DNA of 64,000 bases from Candidatus Moraniibacteriota bacterium (GTDB taxonomy: Bacteria > Patescibacteriota > Minisyncoccia > Moranbacterales > GCA-2747515), in NCBI GenBank assembly GCA_038208115.1, contig JBBQZC010000001.1, forward strand, positions 77,977 through 141,976, written 5' to 3'. A program made the position numbers and the translations under genes. Positions 9,751 through 18,865 of this stretch are shown one piece after another. How positions within the stretch are numbered: position 1 is the stretch's first letter; the number at the start of each line of letters is the position of its first letter. Under the pieces are notes generated by a model. The model did no database searches, was not told the origin of the DNA, and saw nothing but the letters and a program-made list of their open reading frames with translations.

Positions 9751-10512
9751 ATGTTATCAAGAAAAAGCATCATCATACAAAACCGCAATATCACATATTA
9801 TCACAGTACGCACATAGAAAAAAATAATATTGTTTTTTTTCTACATGGTTGGGGTTCGCAAGCGCTGCATTTTCAGAAAACGCTTAAAAAATGCAAAAAC
9901 TTCATAGCTGTTGATCTCCCAGGATTTGGCGATAGTGAATCACCTACTTCACCATGGTCATTGGATGATTATGTAGATTTTATCAAAGAATTTCTTAAAA
10001 AAATAAACATACAAAATCCGATTATTGCTGGACATTCGTTTGGCGGAAGCATTGGAATCAAATATTGTGCCCAAGGCAATGCGGCACAAAAATTAATATT
10101 AATCGGAAGTTCTGGCATCCGCCCAAAAACTGCAAAAAAACATGGATTATATATTATCACTAAAATTTGCAAAATCCCTTTCTCATTACCAGGTATACGC
10201 ACATTTAAAGATGCTGTACGAAATTGGTTTTATAAAAAAATAGATTCCGAAGATTATATCCATGCAGGGACATTAACAGAAACATACAAAAAAATTATTG
10301 ACGAAGACCTGACTGCAGAATTACAAAAAATTTATTCACCAACAATCCTCATCTGGGGAGAAAATGATATAGACACCCCACTAGAAAATGGAAAGCGTAT
10401 AAAAAAACTAATCAAAAACTCTCAATTATTCATCATTCCAAATGCTGGACATTACGTTTTTCTCGATGAACAAATGAAGTTCGAAGAAATATTTTTATCA
10501 CATATACAATGA
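9751..10512 (+). CDS. Alpha/beta-fold hydrolase
   Basis: LHGWG, DLPGFG, GHSFGG nucleophile, WGEND and AGH; ATG 9751 preferred over TTG 9694. Confidence 0.9.
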   Translation: MLSRKSIIIQNRNITYYHSTHIEKNNIVFFLHGWGSQALHFQKTLKKCKNFIAVDLPGFGDSESPTSPWSLDDYVDFIKEFLKKINIQNPIIAGHSFGGSIGIKYCAQGNAAQKLILIGSSGIRPKTAKKHGLYIITKICKIPFSLPGIRTFKDAVRNWFYKKIDSEDYIHAGTLTETYKKIIDEDLTAELQKIYSPTILIWGENDIDTPLENGKRIKKLIKNSQLFIIPNAGHYVFLDEQMKFEEIFLSHIQ

Positions 10513-11873
10513 TACTCAAAAACCTGATTTATATCTTGCAAAGTGAAAATTACGATTTCAAGAGATTTATTGCATTTGCATACACACATGTTGCCTGGTG
10601 GCATTTGGAGAATCGTCAAAAGATCATGTGGACTTTCAAGGCGCAACTTCTATGGATTCTTACCGCCACATTTTTTTGGAGCATTACTGGATTATTTTTT
10701 ACAATCTATAATATTCACGGATTAATCACTATTCCCTTTCTCATAATAATTCTACCCATACTCATTGGCATATCTCTGATGTGTATTACACCAATAGATT
10801 TTTTATTAAAGCGGAGAATGATACGCACTGCAGAACATATCATTTCAACAAGTAAAACACGCGTAATCGGCATTGCTGGAAGCTATGGTAAAACAAGTAC
10901 AAAAGAAATATTATCAACAATTCTTTCACAAAAATATGAGATCATCAAAACACCAGAAAACATCAATACTGACATTGGCATTGCTGATTTCATCATAAAA
11001 AATAAAAAGAAATTTAGTCCTGAGACAATATTTGTCGTAGAAATGGGTGCATATAAAAAAGGTGAAATTGAAAAAATTTGTAAAATGGTACGCCCCACGC
11101 ATTCCATTCTCACAGGAATTAATGAATCACACTTAGAACGATTTGGTAGTATAAAGAATATCATTCATGCTAAATTTGAACTTCCCCAAAACACTACAGG
11201 TTTAGCAATGCTCAATTTTGATGATACAAACATCGCTCAAAATCATGCACGTTTCTCAATCAAAAATAGTATAGGACTAACGAAGTCACATGTGCAACAC
11301 ATCCGCATAAAAGAAAAATTTTCAGGGTTAGAATTTAAATGGTTGGACATCTTGTATACAACAGACGTGCTTGCAGAGCACAATATTACCTTAATATTGC
11401 TATGCATTAAAATCGCTCAACAGCTCATGCTATCTCCGGATCAAATATTCAGAGGTATAGAAAAATTACAGCCAATTGAACATCGTTTGCAACCGATTTA
11501 TAACGCTCATACAGACATTATGGTCATTGATGATAGTTATAATGGAAATGTAAACGGTATTAAAAGTGGTATAGAAGTCCTCAATAGAGCCGCTGGCAGA
11601 AAAGTCGTATTGACACCAGGGCTCGTTGAGTTAGGATTTAAATCAATGGATATCCATACTGACATTGCAGACCTTTACATAAAACACGCTGACCTTGTCC
11701 TACTCATAAAAAATAAAATGACCAACCATATTATTACAAGATTTAAAAAGAATAAATTTGTACGATACAAAATATATGAGACGACTGAAGAGGCACACGA
11801 TGATCTAAAAAATGTACTTCAACGTGGTGATACAATTATTTTTCAAAATGATCTCACGGATAATTATTTTTAA
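10509..11873 (+). CDS. murF: Mur ligase, MurF-like, with N-terminal TM segments
   Basis: GIAGSYGKTSTK P-loop, VVEMGA, SHLERF, IDDSYNGN, TPGLVELG and a C-terminal NDLTDNY. Confidence 0.8.
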   Translation: MILKNLIYILQSENYDFKRFIAFAYTHVAWWHLENRQKIMWTFKAQLLWILTATFFWSITGLFFTIYNIHGLITIPFLIIILPILIGISLMCITPIDFLLKRRMIRTAEHIISTSKTRVIGIAGSYGKTSTKEILSTILSQKYEIIKTPENINTDIGIADFIIKNKKKFSPETIFVVEMGAYKKGEIEKICKMVRPTHSILTGINESHLERFGSIKNIIHAKFELPQNTTGLAMLNFDDTNIAQNHARFSIKNSIGLTKSHVQHIRIKEKFSGLEFKWLDILYTTDVLAEHNITLILLCIKIAQQLMLSPDQIFRGIEKLQPIEHRLQPIYNAHTDIMVIDDSYNGNVNGIKSGIEVLNRAAGRKVVLTPGLVELGFKSMDIHTDIADLYIKHADLVLLIKNKMTNHIITRFKKNKFVRYKIYETTEEAHDDLKNVLQRGDTIIFQNDLTDNYF

Positions 11874-11884
11874 TTACAAAAAAT

Positions 11885-13072
11885 ATGAATTCTCCCACAA
11901 ATAAAATGACGATTGGTGTGTTTTTCGGAAGCAGAAATCCAGAACATGATGTTTCCATCATCACAGGACAGCTAATCATATCTGAGTTGAAAAAACGTGG
12001 TTACACAGTTATTCCAATTTATATTGACAAAAATGGTGATTGGTTTTCGCATGAAAAATTAGGAACTCTAAAATTTTTTACCGACCAAAACTTTGACGAA
12101 AAATTGAAAGAGATGACTACGTGTACAATCAAATTCAATGCTCAAAATCACACTTTGATTATCAAAAATAAAAAAATATTATCCAAAGAAATCATCATTG
12201 ATCTTGCGTTTCCCGCTTTTCATGGCATGAATGGTGAAGATGGTACTGTACAAGGATTGTTTGAGCTCAGCAATATCCCGTATGTCGGTTGTGATGTATC
12301 TAGCTCAGCCATGACAATGGATAAGATTATTACAAAACAAATTTATAAAAGCGCAGAAATCCAGACAACTGCATTTACCTATTTTACACAAATTGATTGG
12401 GCCACAAACAAAGATTTGGTCCTCAGCAGAATACAATTATTGAATTGGCCCTTATTTGTTAAGCCTGCAAGATTAGGTTCTTCCATAGGAATCACCAAGG
12501 CACGAGATACGCAAGAATTAGAAAATGCGTGTGAAGTCGCACTACATTATGATAATCGGATTATTGTTGAGGAAAGTGTAGAAAATCTCAAGGACATTAC
12601 CTGTGCAGTACTCGGCAATGCAGAACCAATGCCATCACTCATACAAGAATCATCTTTCCGCGGAGAACATTTTAGTTATGAAGCAAAGTATCTCGAGGAT
12701 GGAGGTGCTCAACTCGGCAATGCACAAAACAGTATCATTATCCCAGCAAACATTAATAAAGAAACCACTAAAAAAGTACAAGATATGGCTGTAGAGATTT
12801 ACAAACTATTCGGTTGTACAGGAACCGCACGAGTCGATTTTCTTTATGATACAAAAGAAGAAAAAGTATATGCGAATGAAATCAATACTATGCCGGGCAC
12901 ACTCTACCACCATTTATGGAAAGCGAGCGGAATAGAAATAAGCACGTTATTAGAAAAACTCATTGATTTAGCAAATCAACAGCATAAAGAAAAAAATAAG
13001 ATCACTATGACATTCAAATCAAATCTCCTCAATCATGCAAATTCTATAAAATTACAGATTGAGAGAGACTGA
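11885..13072 (+). CDS. ddl: D-alanine--D-alanine ligase
   Basis: FGSRNPEHDVS, FHGMNGEDG, VKPARLGSSIG, ARVDF and NEINTMPG. Confidence 0.92.
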   Translation: MNSPTNKMTIGVFFGSRNPEHDVSIITGQLIISELKKRGYTVIPIYIDKNGDWFSHEKLGTLKFFTDQNFDEKLKEMTTCTIKFNAQNHTLIIKNKKILSKEIIIDLAFPAFHGMNGEDGTVQGLFELSNIPYVGCDVSSSAMTMDKIITKQIYKSAEIQTTAFTYFTQIDWATNKDLVLSRIQLLNWPLFVKPARLGSSIGITKARDTQELENACEVALHYDNRIIVEESVENLKDITCAVLGNAEPMPSLIQESSFRGEHFSYEAKYLEDGGAQLGNAQNSIIIPANINKETTKKVQDMAVEIYKLFGCTGTARVDFLYDTKEEKVYANEINTMPGTLYHHLWKASGIEISTLLEKLIDLANQQHKEKNKITMTFKSNLLNHANSIKLQIERD

Positions 13073-13157
13073 CTCATGCAAATGTAAAACTTAATAGTTC
13101 ATTTTCTGGATTACATACCACACTGTTTTGTATTTTATTCATATCGCTACACACAAT

Positions 13158-13634
13158 TCAAATTTTCTTACACTTTTCTACATATGCATCGACTCTGTCT
13201 TCTGCGGTATTTTTTATTACTTCAATTTTTTTTAGAGCAATCGTTGCTATTGGTTCTTTTTTAATAGTTTGCGCCATTTCCACAAAGGCGCGCTTATCCC
13301 CGCTACCCCCCATTGTACAAAAAAATGCTACTTCAGGAAATTCATCCTTATGATCTGTGAGATATGTACGAACAGGCACAGACATATTCCAAGACCAAAT
13401 CGGTGTACCTATTACCACGAGATCATAGTCGCGCAAATTTGTAGTTGATTTTTCTAGTACGGTGAGCTTTCGCAAAGTTGCATCCCTCCCTGAGATCAGA
13501 TATCCCATACCACCTTTTCGATCCACCGTATCTTTGATTTCTTCCAGATCTGCAGAAAGTTTTTCAGCCAACATCTTCGCTAGCTTCTTCGTTGTTTCTG
13601 TGCGTGAATAATACACAATAAGAATTTTTTTCAT
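13158..13634 (-). CDS. Flavodoxin family protein
   Basis: IVYYSRTETT, VIGTPIW and FFCTMGGSG. Confidence 0.85.
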   Translation of the reverse strand: MKKILIVYYSRTETTKKLAKMLAEKLSADLEEIKDTVDRKGGMGYLISGRDATLRKLTVLEKSTTNLRDYDLVVIGTPIWSWNMSVPVRTYLTDHKDEFPEVAFFCTMGGSGDKRAFVEMAQTIKKEPIATIALKKIEVIKNTAEDRVDAYVEKCKKI

Positions 13635-13687
13635 AATAACCTATTATTTATAAATTACACATATCATCAGCATACATCATTTTCTCA
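13632..13687. repeat. 56-bp direct repeat copy 2
   Basis: 49/56 identical to 9618..9673. Confidence 0.85.
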
Positions 13688-13820
13688 ACAATTCACTGTG
13701 ACCAGATGTGTATATTTGATTTTTTGTGCATTTTTTGACATGTAATTTATTGAGTGAATTTTTTTATATCTTCTAAACCTAATTAATGTGATAGAAAATT
13801 TCTTGAAAACAGAAAAAAGA

Positions 13821-16439
13821 TTATTTCACCTTAAAATATATCACTTTACTTTTTTTTCCGGTCTTACTATCCACTGCATACCAATAGTATGTACCTTTAG
13901 GTTTTTTTGGAGGAATGACATAGGTGACAACGAAGGCGCCTTTCTTGTTGGTATTCACTGTTTCTGGAGGATAGTAACCACCTCCGTATTTTCCGAAATA
14001 TAAGATAGCTACATTGTTCTTGGAAAATCCACGGCCTGACTGATAAAGAGTTTCTCCGACATTTAGTTGCTTTTTAGAATTTTTGATATCCCTTTTTGGC
14101 TTTGCCACTTTTTTAACTTTATTCTCACTATTTTGTGATCCATTAGAAATAATATAATTCTCGACCATCATCTGACTATTAGCCATGTTTTCCTTAGTAG
14201 CTATTGCCTTCAAAGTGACAGATTGAGAAATACTAAAAGAAGACACGTACTTATTGGATGCAGATGTGGGGACAGATCCATCGATAGTATAATAGATCAT
14301 CGCATCAGGAGTGGTCGTGGAAAGAGCGATGAGCTGTGCTCCTACATACGATCCTCCTGGTGAAGAAGCTTGAGGCAAAACGACTTGACCCGGCCTATTT
14401 ATTATATAAGAATACACTTCAATATCACTATCAATCATACTAGCCTTAGTAGCAAAAGCTTTTAGAGTAGTCGTTTGAGATATTGTGATTGGTTGATCAT
14501 ACACACGTGACGATACAGTCGGACTTGAGCCATCAATAGTATAGTGGATTGCAGATCCTTGAGTTTCCGAAGTTAACGTGACTGTTTGTGATAAATTGAA
14601 GGTGCCTTCATCTGGAGAGGCGACAGGACTCACTGTCTTGGCTTGAACAACGGCCAATGTTGTAAAGATTATTTCACTTCCATAACTAGATCCAGCAGAA
14701 TTGACAGCTTTGGATCTGACGTAATAAGTAGTATCTGGACTCAAGTTAATAATATTACACGAATATACACCTAATCCTCCTGCACCCGCATTGCAAGAAT
14801 TAGAGTAACTTCCAGAAACAGTGCCCCATTCAATGTATCGTGTAGGATTTTCTCCACCGGTGTTTGAGATGTTTCCATTTCCGGTAGCCGAGGAAGTCGT
14901 AATAACAGAAACTGATTGGGTGACAACAGTGGGAGTGGCGACTGCCGTAGTAAAACCAGTCTGAGATCCATAGGATATACCAGCTGTGTTGATCGCCATG
15001 GCTTGGACATAGTATGTTGTACCTGGAGAAAGAGAGGTCAAATTACACGCATAGAGTCCAGTACTTCCAAATCCAGCTGAACATGAATTAGGATATGGCC
15101 CTCCATTAACAGTTCCCCAAGTGATATATCTTGCGGGATTATCCCCTCCGTTATTTGTGATATTCCCATTACCTACTGCTGAAAAAGATGTGATACTTTC
15201 TACCGCATCCGTTTCAACAACAGGAGTGACAATTGGGGTGGGCACATTAACAATAAAGTCATTTATCATCAGTACATTTGAAGGATTATTCAACGAATTT
15301 GTAACGACTATTTTGCAATTTGCATACTCACCATTAGTCAGGGTGTTGAATGTTATATCGTTATTTCCTGCGATTGCATTAGTAGTAGCACTTGAACATC
15401 CCCCTAAATATGCAATGACACCTGCCTCAGAAGAGTAGAAAGTGTAATCAGGGGTATTATCTGCCGTAGGTGATTGAACTGCAGTAACCTGATTGATAAC
15501 AGGTGCCACTAAATCGCTCGGACACGAGACGTCTATACTGTCACGTAGGGACTTGTAATAACATTTCCCAAGCAAAAGAACAGAAGGAGCATCTATGTGC
15601 CAGATATCCGGCCTTGGCAAATCCTTTGTATCGACCGTATATACATTTGCATTATCCTGCCCGAACGCAACTTGAATAGACCTAAGCGCAGGCACCTCCT
15701 GATGCCCGATGGGCCACTCTCGACTTATCAAAGTCATAATCATTGACATATTTGGCGCAGAAAATCTGCTTTTTATAGCTTCAAAAAATTCCTTGGTTTG
15801 TAATGTATAATTATATACGCCCGCTGCTAATCCCACTTCAGAATCATTTTCACCTTGGAACCAAATAAGTGATTTGTATTCGTAGTTTTGAGACGGAAAT
15901 TGTGTTGCCAAACTATTCATTAGATTATTTCCCAATCCATAATTTCCACTCAAAATTGTACCTCCAACATCTTGAATAGTGCTACTTGTTCCGTTTGCAA
16001 TACATTCCCTATTTGTTATTACATCCCAATTCTTTATTCTCCATTGACATGAATCGGTTCCTCCCATCGCATATTTTACTATAACGATTTTTCTGTCAGG
16101 ATAGAGTGCGGCAATTTGTTTAGACAATCCGACTTCCGGACCGAAAAAAGTTGATTGTGCTGGAAGATATTCAGTATATTGTGTCGAAACAAAATTTGTT
16201 TTTTTCTGAAATCCATAACTCTCTTCCCCTGGAACCATAGCATAAAAATCGACATTTTCCGGAATAACATCATTACCCGAGCCTATTTGATCGATCATAG
16301 CCCCATACGTCAACATATTTGATTGTCCTGATAAAACAAAAAGCAAAGGACGATTATCGGCTTTAACAAAACGTATATTACAAAATAGACAGACTATAAT
16401 TATCATCCCAAAAAATGTATTTTTCATATTATTGTACAT
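13821..16439 (-). CDS. Secreted SASA/CE6 carbohydrate esterase with Ig-like, two FN3-like and two chitobiase-C-type modules and a basic C-terminal domain
   Basis: Signal peptide; SGQSNM, FGPE, WFQGEND and DIWH motifs; LSPGTTYYV/LSPDTTYYV repeats; IHYTIDGSSP/IYYTIDGSVP repeats. Confidence 0.85.
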   Translation of the reverse strand: MYNNMKNTFFGMIIIVCLFCNIRFVKADNRPLLFVLSGQSNMLTYGAMIDQIGSGNDVIPENVDFYAMVPGEESYGFQKKTNFVSTQYTEYLPAQSTFFGPEVGLSKQIAALYPDRKIVIVKYAMGGTDSCQWRIKNWDVITNRECIANGTSSTIQDVGGTILSGNYGLGNNLMNSLATQFPSQNYEYKSLIWFQGENDSEVGLAAGVYNYTLQTKEFFEAIKSRFSAPNMSMIMTLISREWPIGHQEVPALRSIQVAFGQDNANVYTVDTKDLPRPDIWHIDAPSVLLLGKCYYKSLRDSIDVSCPSDLVAPVINQVTAVQSPTADNTPDYTFYSSEAGVIAYLGGCSSATTNAIAGNNDITFNTLTNGEYANCKIVVTNSLNNPSNVLMINDFIVNVPTPIVTPVVETDAVESITSFSAVGNGNITNNGGDNPARYITWGTVNGGPYPNSCSAGFGSTGLYACNLTSLSPGTTYYVQAMAINTAGISYGSQTGFTTAVATPTVVTQSVSVITTSSATGNGNISNTGGENPTRYIEWGTVSGSYSNSCNAGAGGLGVYSCNIINLSPDTTYYVRSKAVNSAGSSYGSEIIFTTLAVVQAKTVSPVASPDEGTFNLSQTVTLTSETQGSAIHYTIDGSSPTVSSRVYDQPITISQTTTLKAFATKASMIDSDIEVYSYIINRPGQVVLPQASSPGGSYVGAQLIALSTTTPDAMIYYTIDGSVPTSASNKYVSSFSISQSVTLKAIATKENMANSQMMVENYIISNGSQNSENKVKKVAKPKRDIKNSKKQLNVGETLYQSGRGFSKNNVAILYFGKYGGGYYPPETVNTNKKGAFVVTYVIPPKKPKGTYYWYAVDSKTGKKSKVIYFKVK

Positions 16440-16441
16440 TA

Positions 16442-17290
16442 TTACTTATTTATATTACTTAATAACTCGCGATGCAATACATCATTAGTTGCTGCAACTG
16501 GATAATAGACATACTCCTGATTATTTTGAAATATTTTTAAATATTCTACAGGATCAAAATATTTTCCACTTAGATCAGAAACAACGCAACCATTTTTTTG
16601 CGCAACAGTACACGCAAACATTTCATATAATTTCTCTCCACCAATCGGATCAATATATGCATCAATAAAACCGCTTGCCAATTTTAACCAATAAATATGT
16701 CCACTGCTCACAATAACTCTTTTGGCTTCTTTTAGAATCTCAGCAAATCTACCCATTTCTCTTCTTTCCTCACGATTTTCCAAAGTAACAACAATCCAAG
16801 AATCTTTAATTTTTTCATTTTTTATATGCGCAAATACAATTTCTTCTCCAGATTGAACTTGATAAAAATGAGTAGACCCATCTTCCACAATACCAATAAT
16901 TCCTGTTTGAAAATCCATAATCGCTGACGTGATAAATTCATAATCATAACTAAAAATAGATATGCCTATGGCTGCTTCATGAAAAGTACGTGATGCCAAA
17001 GAACTGTTGCAAAAAGGGTCATAGATCACTCTATATAATTTGTCTCCACATTCAGAGAAACCACTTTCTTCTGAAAAGATCTGTCCTGAGATATTGTATT
17101 TTTTGATGTTATTTTTAATTATGTTGTCAAGTGCAATATCAAAGCTATATTGAATATTATCATCTTCTTTGATTTTGATCTGCCGAGATAATTCTAACGA
17201 AAAATTCTGATAATGTGACAATTGAGGTCGCATAAATTCAAAAGCATCCTGAAAAGCGGAAAAAATAAATTGGGAGATTTTTTGATCCAT
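16442..17290 (-). CDS. Inositol monophosphatase/FBPase-like family protein with degenerate motifs
   Basis: FSEESG, YDPFCNS (canonical DPIDGT), LASGFIDAY and GCVVSDLSG. Confidence 0.7.
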   Translation of the reverse strand: MDQKISQFIFSAFQDAFEFMRPQLSHYQNFSLELSRQIKIKEDDNIQYSFDIALDNIIKNNIKKYNISGQIFSEESGFSECGDKLYRVIYDPFCNSSLASRTFHEAAIGISIFSYDYEFITSAIMDFQTGIIGIVEDGSTHFYQVQSGEEIVFAHIKNEKIKDSWIVVTLENREERREMGRFAEILKEAKRVIVSSGHIYWLKLASGFIDAYIDPIGGEKLYEMFACTVAQKNGCVVSDLSGKYFDPVEYLKIFQNNQEYVYYPVAATNDVLHRELLSNINK

Positions 17291-17303
17291 AATATTATTG
17301 TTT

Positions 17304-17852
17304 TTACGACTTATGTAAAATATTTTGAATACCCATCAGTGCTTCTATCCAGTATTCACCATGAGGAACATATTTATCAGGATTTTTTTTCATGTCCTCT
17401 ATAATCACATGCGGAGAGAGAAAACTAATTTTCTGAACTTCCTCAACCTGTAACACTAAATTATCAATGTTACCATCAAACTTCAAGAAATATATATAAT
17501 AAAACTCATTATTTATGATATCTTTATCAATAATATTGCCTTTTATAATTTTAAAGAATTGGAGATCTTCTTTTGCGACTATAAGACCAATCTCCTCCTC
17601 CAGTTCTCTTAATGCTGCCGTAGAAGGCTCTTCATGTGCACTGACGTGTCCCGCAGCCGCTTTATCCCAAACATTTGGACAAAATAATTTCTCTTTCGCT
17701 CGTAACTGGAGCAATATCTTTCCATGTGAATTATATATCCACATATGCGCCGCCCTATGCCATAGCCCATCTCTATGTGCTTCACTTTTCATTTTTTGAA
17801 TACCTGTAAGATTATTAGATTCATCACAAATATCTATAAGTTCATCTACCAT
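17304..17852 (-). CDS. NUDIX hydrolase (IDI-like)
   Basis: AHRDGLWHR, LLQLRA and the Nudix box GHVSAHEEPSTAALRELEEEIGL. Confidence 0.88.
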   Translation of the reverse strand: MVDELIDICDESNNLTGIQKMKSEAHRDGLWHRAAHMWIYNSHGKILLQLRAKEKLFCPNVWDKAAAGHVSAHEEPSTAALRELEEEIGLIVAKEDLQFFKIIKGNIIDKDIINNEFYYIYFLKFDGNIDNLVLQVEEVQKISFLSPHVIIEDMKKNPDKYVPHGEYWIEALMGIQNILHKS

Positions 17853-17925
17853 ATACTTTTCTTACAATCAAAATGTTACTGAGTGATAATCCAACCTATT
17901 ATAAATTATCAAAAATTTTATGATC

Positions 17926-18279
17926 TTACTTTCTCCAATATACATCAAATTCTTTAAGATCATCAGTTAGCTTATCATCATCTCCGTCAAATTTGACACA
18001 TCGATCATCGATATATACAACTGATGGATATGTGATATTTGTCACTTCTATTATTGGAAATGCATTATCACTAAGTCATTTGTTTATCAATTTTGGTTTT
18101 CTCGTCGTAAAAACAACTGGCTTATATCCTGCGTCAATCAATTTCTAGATAAATTCTTTTGCACCCACAATAGGCACTCCAGTAATTTTTTCCCCTTTCC
18201 ATCCATCATATTGGGATAAAACACCATCAAAATCAATTGATACAATACGCTCTTTGACCCAATCATGCTTCACTTCCAT
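17926..18279 (-). pseudogene. HAD-superfamily small phosphatase pseudogene
   Basis: Hand translation MEVKHDWVKERIVSIDFDGVLSQYDGWKG...KEFI*KLIDAGYKPVVFTTRKPKLINK*LSDNAF...VYIDDRCVKFDG...YWRK*. In-frame stops at 18145-18147 (TAG) and 18076-18078 (TGA). Confidence 0.85.
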
Positions 18280-18290
18280 AAAAAATATTA

Positions 18291-18497
18291 TTAAATTATC
18301 GCTACAGAGATATTTACTTCAAAATCCTCTAAAATATGTAAATTATTTGAATAAATTTTATGTTCTTCATGTGCGACAAATCCAACAGGATCAACCAAAC
18401 ATCCGGAAATAGTATTAGCATGTAGATGTTTTTTAAACAGATATTCTGCACTCATTCTCCTGGAAACATTGCCTGTACATATAAATAAAATACTTTT
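18291..18497 (-). pseudogene. Remnant of a low-molecular-weight protein tyrosine phosphatase/ArsC gene
   Basis: Hand translation KSILFICTGNVSRRMSAEYLFKKHL contains the CX5R motif. No start codon, and it ends after about 68 codons. Confidence 0.7.
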
Positions 18498-18561
18498 TTA
18501 ATTAATAATTAGGGAAATCAATTGATCTCCCTGAGCACATATGCTCCTGCGTTATAAATAT

Positions 18562-18666
18562 TCAATGGCCCAATCTGTAGAGAAGATAATTCAACTTCTC
18601 CCAAATTTTTTTTTGAAACACAAGAATTGTGACAACTACTGACACGATGATCAAAAAAATCGTCAT
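18562..18666 (-). CDS. Putative 34-aa single-TM small protein
   Basis: MTIFLIIVSVVVTILVFQKKIWEKLNYLLYRLGH*, preceded by GGGAGGAG. Confidence 0.4.
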   Translation of the reverse strand: MTIFLIIVSVVVTILVFQKKIWEKLNYLLYRLGH

Positions 18667-18865
18667 TTTCTCCTCCCATGTTTACTACGCGTATATTGAA
18701 TTAATTATCAAAAAACTACATTATCTATTTATATTATACATGCTTAAAGATATAAATAAAAGACTCTCACTTTTCCAGATTTTCAGACTTTTTAAAAAAA
18801 TTTCTTTATGCTACACTAAGATTATATAAAGTATTCTTAAATACCTATTAAAATCATCATTCTAC

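Noticed and set aside
17926-18279. Stop-codon reassignment (code 4/25) or readthrough
   Set aside because: Two different stops (TAG and TGA) occur in one gene. TGA and TAG end normal genes elsewhere (ddl, SpoIID-like), and other ORFs are full-length under code 11.
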